Positions 11,775 through 22,400 of a stretch of DNA of 41,528 nucleotides are shown here, piece after piece. The stretch's first letter is position 1; the number at the start of each line of letters is the position of its first letter. The stretch is taken from NCBI RefSeq assembly GCF_004010195.1, contig NC_057718.1:369796-411323 (forward strand), given 5' to 3'. This DNA is from Chiloscyllium plagiosum. Its lineage: Eukaryota. Both the position numbers and the translations under genes were made by a program. Under the pieces are notes generated by a model that saw only the letters and a list, made by a program, of their open reading frames with translations, ran no database searches and was not told the DNA's origin.

Positions 11775-13125
11775 TGTACCTGTGCTATTCCCAGTGCTTA
11801 CTCCAAGTGTTGTTCCACATAGAGGGAGGACAGTACGTGGTAACCAACAAGAGGTTTCCTTGCCTATGTTCAACCTGAAGTCAGAAGACTTCAAGACATC
11901 TGGAGTTAATGTTGAGGACTCCGAGAGCAACTCCCTCCTGAGCGTATCCCACTGTGCCACCACCACTGCTGGGTCTATCCTGTGGTGAGACAGGATATAT
12001 CCAGGGAGGGTGATGGTGGTGTCTGGGACATTGTCTGTATGGTATGGTTCCGTGCGTATGACTATGTCAGGCTGCTGCTTGGCTAGTCTATGAGACAGCT
12101 CTCCCAATTTCGGCACTAGCCCCCAGACATTAGTGAGGAGGAAATTGCAGGGTTGGCAGGCTTATTTCTGCTGTTGTCGAGGGTTGATGCCAAGTGATCT
12201 GTCTGATTTCATTCCTTTGAGACTTTATAACAACTGGTGCAATTGAACACCTTGTTAGGCCATTTCAGAGAGCAACTGAGAGTCAACCCCATTGCTGTGA
12301 GTCTGGAGTCACATGTAGGCCAGACCAGGTGAGGATGTCAGATTTGATTCCCTGAAGGACATTGGTGAACTAGATGGGTTTTTCCGACAATCGACAATAG
12401 TTTCATAGTCATAGTAGATTCTTAATTACAGTTTTTTTTATTGAATTCAAATTTCACTATCTATAGAGTCATAGAGTCATAAAGATGTACAGCATGGAAA
12501 CAGACCCTTCGGTCCAACCCGTCCATGCCGACCAGATATCCCAACCCAATTTGGTCTCACCTGCCAACACCTGGCCCATATCCCTCCAAACCCTTTTTAT
12601 TCATATACTCATCAAAATGCCTTTTAAGTGCTGTAATTGTATCAGCCTCCACCACTTCTTCTGGCAGCTTATTCATACACATACCAACCTCTGCGTGAAA
12701 AAGTTGTCCCTTTCCCCTCTCACCCTAAACCTATGCCCTCTAGTTCTGGACTCCCCCAACGCAGGGAAAAGACTTTGTTTCTCTATACTATCATGCTCTT
12801 CATAATTTTGTAAACCTCTATAAGGTCACCCCTCAGCCTCAGACACTTCAGGGAAAACAGCCCCAGCCTGTTCAGCCTCTCCCTGTAGCTCAAATCCTCC
12901 AACCCTGGCAACATCCTTGTAAATCTTTTCTGAACCCTTTCAAGATTCACAACATCCTTCCGATAGGTTTGCACACAATATTCCAACAGTAGCCTAACCA
13001 ATGTCCTGTACAGCCACAATGTGACCTCCTAACTCCTGTACTCAATACTCTATCTGGCTCCCCAGAATATTAGCCGAGTTTCTGAATTAATAGTCCAGCG
13101 ATATTACCAGGGGACCATCACCCAG
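11775..13125 (-). mobile_element. 5' end of the older LINE family: SINE-like leader followed by the APE N-terminus, split by a CR1 at 12463-13049
   Basis: Reads LLTNVWGLVPKLGELSHRLAKQQPDIVIRTEPY (APE motifs I-II). The leader matches 37125-37310 and 26870-27000. Confidence 0.7.
12463..13049 (-). mobile_element. 5'-truncated CR1 LINE
   Basis: ORF 12783..13019 LYRTLVRLLLEYCVQ..ERVQKRFTRMLPG. Tail tagagtcatagagtcat. TSD CTATCT at 12457-12462 and 13050-13055. Confidence 0.9.
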
Positions 13126-13306
13126 CAATAAATTCCAACTCAGCCAATGGCATTCACATTTCATGAACAAATACAGCAAAAAATTAGTAAGATGCTTTAG
13201 AAGGTGAGGAAATCCAGTTGTGTTAGTAAATGGGAGAACTGAGACCATTTTCCTTGAAACATTTTGGGAGGAGATTCAATTAAAATGATCTGAGGTGTCA
13301 ATGGTA

Positions 13307-13523
13307 GTCATGGTGTGGAGATGCTGGACTAGGGTGGACAAGGTCAGAAGTCTCACGACCCCAGGTTATAGTCCAACAGGTCGTTTGAAATCACAAGCTT
13401 TCAGAGCAACACTCCTTTGTCAGGTGAAGTCATTCGGAGGAGTGAGGATGGGGCAGCGCTCCAAAAGCTTGTGATTTCAAATAAACCTGTTGGACTGTAA
13501 CCTGGTGTCATGAGACTTCTGAC
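13307..13523. mobile_element. Palindromic insertion of HHR family B tails (cores degenerate)
   Basis: Inverted arms from 13343 to 13523 (gtcagaagtctcacgac..ccaggttatagtccaacagg / cctgttggactgtaacctgg..tgagacttctgac). Cores at 13395-13423(-) and 13442-13470(+) are homologous to 29527-29555. Confidence 0.75.
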
Positions 13524-13579
13524 AAAATAATTTGGGTATGGATAGAGTTGATAGACAGAAATTGTTCCCTTTGGTGTAT

Positions 13580-14180
13580 AGAAGTTGGGAAGTTATGTTG
13601 CAGTTATACATGATGTTGGTGAGAATACAGTTGGAGCATTGTGTTTAGTTTTGGTCACCTTGCCATAGGAAGGACGTTATCAAACTGGAAACGGTGCAGA
13701 AGAAAATTACAAGAATTTTGCCAGGACTCAAGGGTCTGAATAATAAGGAGCAGTTGGACAAGCTAGACCCTTTTTTCTTTTGAGCGTATGAGACTGAGTG
13801 GGGATCTTACAGAAATGTGTAATATCATAAGAGGCTTGGGTAGGATGAATGCATTCAGCCTTTTTCCCAGGGTTGGGGAATCGAGGACTAGAGGGCATCA
13901 GTTTAAGGTTAGAGGGGAAAGAATAAAAGGTTATCTGAGGAGCAACTTTTTACACAGAGGGTGGTACGCATATGGAATGAGCTGCCAGCGGAAGTTGTTG
14001 AAGCGGGTACATTAATAACATTTAAAAGGCATTTGAACAAATACATGGATAGGAAAGGATTAGAAGGAGATGGGCCAAGTGCAGGGAAATGGGGTTAATG
14101 CGGATGGACATTTTGGTTGGCATGGACCTGTTTGAGCCAAAGGGCCTGTCTCTGGGCTGTCGGTCTCTCTGATTCTATAG
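13580..14180 (+). mobile_element. 5'-truncated CR1 LINE, decayed
   Basis: VMLQLYMMLVRIQLEHCV*FWSP..; ORF 13788..14015 GDL..LFPRVGESRTRGHQFKVRG; CR1-type 3' tail. Confidence 0.85.
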
Positions 14181-14778
14181 TGGAAGAATTAAGAACCACG
14201 GGCTACAGTTTTAACGTAATAAGATCATAAGGTGTAGGAACAGAATTGGGTCATTCAGCCCATTGAGTCTGCTCCATCATTTATTAAACATAAAACATAG
14301 AATAACAGCGCAGTACAGGCCCTTCGGCCCTCAGAGTTGGGCTGATCTGTGGAACTAGTCTGAAGCCCATCACACCTACACTATTCCATTCTCGTCCATA
14401 TGCATATCCAATGATCATTTAAATGCCATTAAAGTTGGCGAGTGTACACTGTTGCAGGCAGGTGGCTCCACACCCCTACTACTCTCTGAGTAAAGAAACT
14501 ACCTCTGACATCTGTCCGATATCTATCACCCCTCAATTTAAAGCTATGCCCCCTCGTGCTCGCCGTCACCATACTTGGAAAAAGGCTCTCCCTGTCCACC
14601 CTACCTAACCCTCTGATTATCTTGTATGTCTCTATTAAGTCATCTCCCAACCTTCTTCTCTCTAACGAAAACAGCCTCAAGTCCCTCAGCCTTTCCTCGT
14701 AAGACCTTCCCTCCATACCAGGCGACATCCTGGTAAATCTCCTCTGCACCCTTTCCAAAACTTCCACATCCTTCCTAT

Positions 14779-15241
14779 GTTGTGGCTCTGTTCGCCGAGC
14801 TGGGATTTGTGTTGTAGACGTTTCGTCCCCTGTCTAGGTGACATCCTCAGTGCTTGGGAGCCTCCTGTGAAGCGCTTCTGTGGTGTTTCCTCCGGCATTT
14901 ATAGTGGTTTGTCTCTGCCGCTTCCGGTTGTCAGTTCCAGCTGTCCGCTGCAGTGGTCGGTATATTGGGTCCAGGTCGATGTGCTTATTGATTGAATCTG
15001 TGGATGAGTGCCATGCCTCTAGGAATTCCCTGGCTGTTCTCTGTTTGGCTTGTCCTATAATAGTAGTGTTGTCCCAGTCGAACTCATGTTGCTTGTCATC
15101 TGCGTGTGTGGCTACTAAGGATAGCTGGTCGTGTCATTTCATGGCTAGTTGGTGTTCATGGATGTGGACCATTAGCTGTTTTCCTGTTTGTCCTATGTAG
15201 TGTTTTGTACAGTCCTTGCATGGGATTTTCCTAAACTTTGA
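14779..15241 (-). mobile_element. Penelope-like element 3' fragment (GIY-YIG plus HHR tail)
   Basis: KIPCKDCTKHYIGQTGKQL..IHEHQLA. Perfect 11-bp TSD ATCCTTCCTAT at 14768-14778 and 15242-15252. Confidence 0.92.
14817..14850 (-). ncRNA. Minimal hammerhead ribozyme motif, family C, intact core
   Basis: Minus strand CTGAGGA-t-GTCACC-tagaca-GGGGAC-GAAACGTC. Confidence 0.75.
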
Positions 15242-15799
15242 ATCCTTCCTATAATGTGGTGACCAGAACTGTACACAATACTCCAAGTGTGGCCGCACCA
15301 GAGTTTTGTACAGCTGCAGCATAACCTCATGGCTCCAAAACTCAATCTCTCTACCAATAAAAGCTAACACATCGTATGCCTTCTTAACAACCCTGTCAAT
15401 CTGGGTGGTAACTTTCAGGGATCTATGTACCTGGACACCGAGATCTCTCTGCTCATCTACACTACCAAGAATCTTACCATTAGCCCAGTATTCTGCATTC
15501 CTGTAATTCAATGAGGTCATGGCTGATCTGATAATTCTTTACTTCACTCTCCTGTTCCCTCCCCCCCCCCCCCATTACCCCTCATTCCTTTATCTCAGCC
15601 TTGAATATACTTAATAATAATCCAGCCTTGACAGGCTTTTGTGATGATGTACTCCAGTTGTTTTACCTTCTGAGAGAAGAAATTGCTCCTTATTTCTTAC
15701 TAAATGTACAATTCATTGCCATGAGATTATACCCTCTCATCCTGGACTATCCTACAAGGGGAAATAATCTTGATTAATAATGGCCAATAGAAACAATGA

Positions 15800-16000
15800 A
15801 AACACAAGCAAAGGCCTTTTCCCTACAGCAAGGGGTGTGGGTCTGTAATGCACTGTCTGACAACATAGGGGAGGCTGCTTCAATTGAGACTCTCAGGGGG
15901 GATTGGACTAATATCTGAAAAAATATGTGCAACGTGATGGGGTGAAGGCAAGGAAACAAGTGAATAGAGTCCTAACTGGCCTCTCCCTGTGCTGTTAGAA
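15800..16000 (+). mobile_element. Degenerate CR1 3' end
   Basis: ttttccctacagcaaggggtgtgggtctgtaatgcactg is a decayed FF.QRVV.VWNAL region. Confidence 0.5.
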
Positions 16001-17534
16001 TTCAGTGAAGCTTCAAAGACTTGAAAACTCTTGTTAGAATAACGCTGGTATATTCTGAGCAGTGCAGGGTACCTGTGAGGCAGGTGGAGTAGTAATGGTA
16101 CCTTCAGGAATGGATTCGGAAGCTGAGCTGAAAGCCAGACAGGATACTAACATAGTGAATGGTCTGCATCAGTAGGAGGTGATTGAACTGGTGATGGAGT
16201 CAGAGATATTAACTTCACATACTCTGGGGGGTATTTCTCCAGAGGGGAGAGGAGGACAGAGAGGAGGGAAGTAGAAGACTAGGGAGCAGTGACTGGAAAC
16301 AGCAAGGAGTTGAGACCCAGGACTCAGTAGTGCAGTAGGATATTGGGAAAGACTGGCACGGTGAGGGGGTGCCACCTGTGGGAGCACGACATTCTGCTGT
16401 GAGTGTGCAGCCTGGCAAATACAAGATGAAGAGCTGGGAAATGGGAATTGGGAAGCTGTGAAGTGGGGCAATAGGGTGGAGGGGATGTAGGAGGAGGAGC
16501 TGGCTCTCAGGGGCATGAATCCCCGATTCCATCCCTTTCATGTCTACAGTCAGTGGTTTTGTAAATTCAGGAAACTCCCACATCAGGCACAGAGTCTTCT
16601 CCTTTTTTGGTTTCATTTGGAGAGATTTCTGAAGATTGGAATGAGATTCTGGGAGCTGCACTGACATCATCGAGTCACACTGACCAGGCACGAAACTGAG
16701 ACCCAACCCCCAGCAGCATACCAGGCCTGGGGCTGAATACATTCAGCAGGAGGGGGTTGTCAGGGAGAAAGTTACCAGGCTATAAACAGCTGTCAGGCAG
16801 GAAGTGAAGCCACAAGTTTCTGGCTTGAGTGGAATTTAACCCTCCAACTGCTGGTATTGGATCCGAGTAGAAATTTATTGCATTCGTGTCGGACACATTT
16901 AACATCTGGTACATGATGTGAAATGAATGGCAACTTGTCACCTCTTCCCATCAAACTCCTCCATCAAACACTCTCACCAATCAACTCCCCATTCAACTCC
17001 CCCACCCATCAACTTGTGAGGAGCCTCCAGCCATCGTCAGGCATGGAATATAATGAGAAGTCTGTGCCTTTAGAAGGTGCTGAGTCCTTGGATAATGGCT
17101 GTTTTGGGCAGTAATGATTAATGAAAAGGCAGCAGAGGTCAGGCACTGAGCTGTTTAATGATTCTGCTAACCAATGACACACAAGTCCAGAAGGAATTGT
17201 TTATTGGTGTGGTAATGCAGCAGTGTGTTAAACAAGAGTGCAGACAGAAGACAGGCCCTCCTGCTGACTGCTCACTCCTGTAAAACTTTACTTAAACAGT
17301 TCTGGATATTTAATCAATGCCTGAATGCAATTCCATCACACACTTGGCTCCTGCAATTAATGGGTGCAGTTACCAAGCTTCCTGCACTGCCCCACGGCCT
17401 GGGGTCACAAGGTTAGCAACACACTCATGCATTTCATACACAGGCTGCTGAACAACAGCCAGCACACTGGACACAATGCCAAGCCTTGGGTGGGGAAAAC
17501 TGCACACTAAGAAGCTTGGGACAGAGAGACAGAG

Positions 17535-18376
17535 GTAAAAACAATGACTGCAGATGCTGGAAACCAGATTTTGGATTAGTGGTGCTGGAAGAGCACAGCA
17601 GTTCAGGCAGCATCTGAGGAGCAGTAAAATCGACGTTTCGGGCAAAAGCCCTTCATCAGGATGCTGATCACCCATGAGGCGTTTCTTGATGAAGGGCTTT
17701 TGCCCGAAACGTCAATTTACTGCTCCTCGGATGCTGCCTGACCTGCTGTGCTCTTCCAGCAACACTAATCCAGAATCTGGTTTCCAGCATGTGCAGTCAT
17801 TGTTTTTACCCAGATGGAAAAGGAGCTAGGCAGGTAGGACAAGTCCGGACAGGTCAAGGGGACAGTGCGGGCTGGAAGTTTGAAACTAGGATGAGGTGGG
17901 GGAAGGGGAAATGAGAAAACTGTTGAAGTCCACATTGATGCCCTGGGGTTGAAGTGTTCCGAGGCAAAAGATGAGGCGTTCTTCCTCCAGGCGTCTGGTG
18001 GTGAGGGAGCGGCGGTGAAGGAGGCCCAGGACCTCCATGTCCTCGGCAGAGCGGGAGGGGGAGTTGAAATGTTGGGCCACAGGGCGGTGGGGTTGATCGG
18101 TGCGGGTGTCCCAGAGATGTTCCCTAAAGCGCTCTGCTAGGAGGCGTCCAGTCTCCCCAATGTAGAGGAGACCACATTGGGAGCAAGGGATACAATAAAT
18201 GATATTGGTGGGTGTGCAGGTAAAACTTTGATGGATGTGGAAGGCTCCTTTAGGGCCTTGGATGGAGGTGAAGGAGGAGGTGTGGGTGCAGGTTTTACAG
18301 TTCCTGCGCTGGCAGGGGAGGGTTGGTTGTAGGGGGGCGTGGACCTGACCAGGTAGTCATGGAGGGAATGGTCTTA
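17535..18376 (-). mobile_element. PLE composite insertion: GIY-YIG fragment (17811-18376) plus a palindrome of two family A tails (17534-17810)
   Basis: ORF 17886..18080 AQHFNSPSRSAEDMEVLGLL..LEEERLIFCLGTLQPQGIN. 18150-18370 is homologous to 5560-5810. TSD AGAGAGACAGAG at 17523-17534 and 18377-18388. Confidence 0.9.
17632..17659 (-). ncRNA. Minimal hammerhead ribozyme motif, family A, intact core
   Basis: Minus strand CTGATGA-a-GGGC-tttt-GCCC-GAAACGTC. The partner copy at 17686-17713(+) has TTGATGA. Confidence 0.8.
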
Positions 18377-18429
18377 AGAGAGACAGAGACTGAGGGAGAT
18401 ATACTGAGGAAAGGGAGCAAGACCACGGA

Positions 18430-18960
18430 AACTCATAAATGGGAGCAGGTGTAAACCATTCAGCTCTATTATTCAACATGAGCCATTTGTCTCTCTTGTC
18501 AAGCAGTCGTGACGTCCCGACCCCTGGTCCAGGATCCGTGGGATTGAGTACTAACTGTTCAGAGGCATATAAGAAGATCTCTGAACAGGTTGATTAGAAA
18601 AATAGGCCCTAAAGAAAATTAGCCTGATAAATGGCTGATCTTCAATTCCACTTACCTGCCTGTCTCCCAAAACCTTGTATTCCCTTTGGAAAAGTATTTC
18701 CTTTAAAGAAACCTGAGCCCAGTCTTAAATTTAGGCAGTGACAGCCCAGCCACAGCTTGCTGAGTTAGAGAATGCCAACCATTTCTAATGCTCTGAGTGG
18801 AAACATTTCTCCTTATAAGTCCACAGTGATTGCCTCTGATACTGTACCCTGTTCCAGCCACAGAACAGCCTCTGGCAGTTCCTCTGTTACGCTGCTTTAC
18901 AATTTTATATGTTTCAAGGAAAATCTTCTCCACTGACAGTAGATTAATTTTACTCCATCT
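18430..18960 (-). mobile_element. Degenerate CR1 3' end
   Basis: Tail-like start cataaatgggagcagg. ORF 18703..18975 ETYKIVK..STQSIRNGWHSL. Confidence 0.5.
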
Positions 18961-19466
18961 CTCCCCATTGAACAACTCTTTAACAAAGGTGGTTCTTCTA
19001 ATTATAGACCCAAACCTGAAACATTAACTTGTCTTTTTTTGCTGTGATAAATGTTGCCAGGCCTGCTGTGGTAGTCTTGGTGCTGTATGTGCCCTACCGA
19101 CAGCAACCTCAGGAGGATGGGGGATCAGGACACTGATGGGAGAAGTGTGTTGAGGTAAGATGCGATCTCACATGGTGACTGGAGACGGACTGCAGGATAA
19201 TAAGTGCTTTTTCATCCCTTCATTTAAATTCCAGCCTCGGGGCATGATTGAGTCTCAGCCAAACAGCACAATCATTCAGTTACAAACATCCCACATCCTG
19301 CCTCTTGCTCACAGACACATCCCTCAGGACACATGAACAATCCCTCCATTTAGGATCAAGAGATTTCATCAGTCCAAAATCTTGAAATCGTGACCGGGAA
19401 ATTGTTCCAGGTTCCTCCCATCCCTGGGAGGTGCAAAGTAAAAATTATGCATTCAGTGGAAGGGCA

Positions 19467-22400
19467 TCACACACTGCTCACTGTCACAGGGCAGACTGGG
19501 GAACAATCACACACACTGCTCACTGTCACAGGGCAGACTGGGGTATAATCACACACACTGCTCACTGACACAGGGCAGACTGGCGTATAATCACACACAC
19601 TGCTCACTGTCACAGGGCAGACTGGGGTATAATCACACACACTGCTCACAGTCACAGGGCAGACTGGGGTATAATCCCACACACTGCTCACTGTAACAGG
19701 GCAGATTGGCGTATAATCACACACACTGCTCACTGTCACAGTGCAGACTGAGGTATAATCACACACACTGTTCACTGACACAGGGCAGACTGGGGAATAA
19801 CCACACACACTGCTCACTGTCACAGGGCAGACTGGGGTATAACCCTCACACACTGCTCACTATCACAAGGCAGACTGGGGTAAAATCACACACACTGCTC
19901 ACTGTCACAGGGCAGAGTGGGATATAATCACACACACTGCTCACTGTCACAGGGCAGAGTGGGATATAATCACACACACTGCTCACTGTCACAGGGCAGA
20001 CTGGGGTATAACCACACACACTGCTCACTGTCACAGGGCAGACTGGGGTATAATCACACACACTGCGCACTGACACAGGGCAGACTGGGGTATAACCACA
20101 CACACTGCTCACTGTCACAGGGCAGACTGGGATATAACCCTCACACACTGCTCACTATCACAAGGCAGACTGGGGTATAATCACACATACTGCTCACTGT
20201 CACAGGGCAGACTGGGATATAATCACACACACTGCTCACTGTCACAGGGCAGACTGGGGTATAATCACACACACTGCTCACTGTCACAGGGCAGACTGGG
20301 ATATAATCACACACACTGCTCACTGTCACAGGGCAGACTGGGGTATAATCACACACACTGCACACTGTCACAGGGCAGACTGGGGTATAATCCACACACA
20401 CTGCTCACTGTCACAGGGCAGACTGGGGTATAATCACACACACTGCTCACTGTCACAGGGCAGACTGGGGTATAATCACACACACTGCTCACTGTCACAG
20501 GGCAGGCTGGGGTATAATCACAAACACTGCTCACTGTCACAGTGCAGACTGGGGTATAATCCCACACACTGCTCACTGTCACAGAACAGACTGGCGTATA
20601 ATCACACACACTGCTCACTGTGAAAGGGCAGACTGGGGTATAATTACACACACTGCTCTCTGTCACAGGGCAGACTGAGGTATAATTACACACACTGCTC
20701 ACTGTCACAGGGCAGACTGGGGTATAATCACACACACTGCACACAGACACAGGGCAGAATGGGATCTAATCACACACACTGCTCACTGTCACAGGGCAGA
20801 CTGGGGTATTAACACACACTACTCACTGTCACAGGGCAGACTGGGGTATAACGACACAAACTGCTCACTGTCACAGGGCAGACTGGGGTATAATAACACA
20901 CACTGCACACAGACACAGGACAGACTGGGGTAAAATCACACACACTGCTCACTGTCACAGGTCTGAATGGGGTATAATCACACACACTGCTCACTGTCAC
21001 AGGGCAGACTGGGGTATGATCACACACACTGTTCACTGTCACAGGGCAGACTGGGGTATAATCACACACACTGCACACAGACACAGGACAGACTGGGGTA
21101 TATACACACACACTGCTCACTGTCACAGGGTAGACTGGGGTATAATCACACACACTGTTCAATGTCACAGGGCAGAGTGTGGTATAACCCTCACACACTG
21201 CTCACTGTCACAGGGCAGACTGGGGCATAATCACACACACTGCACACAGACACAGAGCAGAATGGGTTCTAATCACACACACTGCTCACTGTCACTGGGT
21301 GGACTGGGGTATAATCACACACACTGTTCACTGTCACAGGGCAGACTGGGGTATAATCCACACACACTGCACACAGATACAGGACAGGCTGGGATATAAT
21401 CACCAATACTGCTCACTGTCACAGGGCAGATTGGCGTATAATCACACACACTGCTCACTGACACAGGGCAGACTGGCGTATAATCACACACACTGCTCAC
21501 TGTCACAGGGCAGACTGGGGTATAATCACACACACTGCTCACAGTCACAGGGCAGACTGGCGTATAATCACACACACTGCTAACTGTCACAGTGCAGACT
21601 GGGGTATAATCACACACACTGCTCACTGTAACAGGGCAGATTGGCGTATAATCACACACACTGCTCACTGACACAGGGCAGACTGGCGTATAATCACACA
21701 CACTGCTCACTGTCACAGTGCAGGCTGGGGTATAATCACACACTGTTCACTGTCATAAGGCAGACTGGGGTATAATCACACACACTGCTCACTGTCACAG
21801 GACAGACTAGGGTATAATCACACACACAGCTCACTTTGAAAGGGCAGACTGGGGTATAATCACACACAGTGCTCACTGTCACAGGACAGACTAGGGTATA
21901 ATCACACGCACTGCTCAATGTCACAGGGCAGACTGGGGTATAATCACACACTGCTCACTGTCACAGGGCAGACTGGTGTACAATCACACACACTGCTCAC
22001 TGTAACAGGGCAGATTGGGGTCTAATCATACACTCTGCACACAGACACAGGGCAGACTGGGGTATAATGACACACACTGCTCACAGTCACAGGGCAGACT
22101 GGGGTATAATCACACACACTGTTCACTGTCACAGGGCAGACTAGGGTATAAACACACACTACTCACTGTCACAGGGCAGACTGGGGTATAATCACACAAA
22201 CTGCTCACTGTCACAGGGCAGACTGGGGTATAATCACACACACTGCACACAGACACAGGTCTGAATGGGGTATAATCACACACACTGCTCACTGTCACAG
22301 GCTAGACTGGGGTATAATCACACACACTGCTCACTGTCACAGGGCAGACTGGCGTATAATCACACTCACTGTTCACTGTCACAGGGCAGAGTGGAGTATA

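Larger units (their letters stand above)
14288..15505 (-). mobile_element. 5'-truncated CR1 LINE interrupted by a PLE, itself inside an older CR1 tail (14222-14287 and 15506-15775)
   Basis: ORFs 14429..14767 and 15134..15520 are contiguous CR1 RT on either side of the insertion. Confidence 0.9.

Noticed and set aside
15134..15520. Apparent RT/GIY-YIG fusion proteins (also 27586..28149)
   Set aside because: Chance in-frame junctions created by PLE insertion into or next to CR1. The TSD marks the junction at 15242-15252.
16169..16742. 115- and 175-aa minus-strand ORFs as a host gene or Harbinger transposase
   Set aside because: Low-complexity translations of purine-rich sequence with no recognisable domain or convincing splice structure.
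19061..19154. Possible exon (CAG|GCCTG...GAG|GTAAGA) with one open frame
   Set aside because: The acceptor lies in a decayed PLE-type tail and the peptide is unrecognisable. Not supportable without RNA data.
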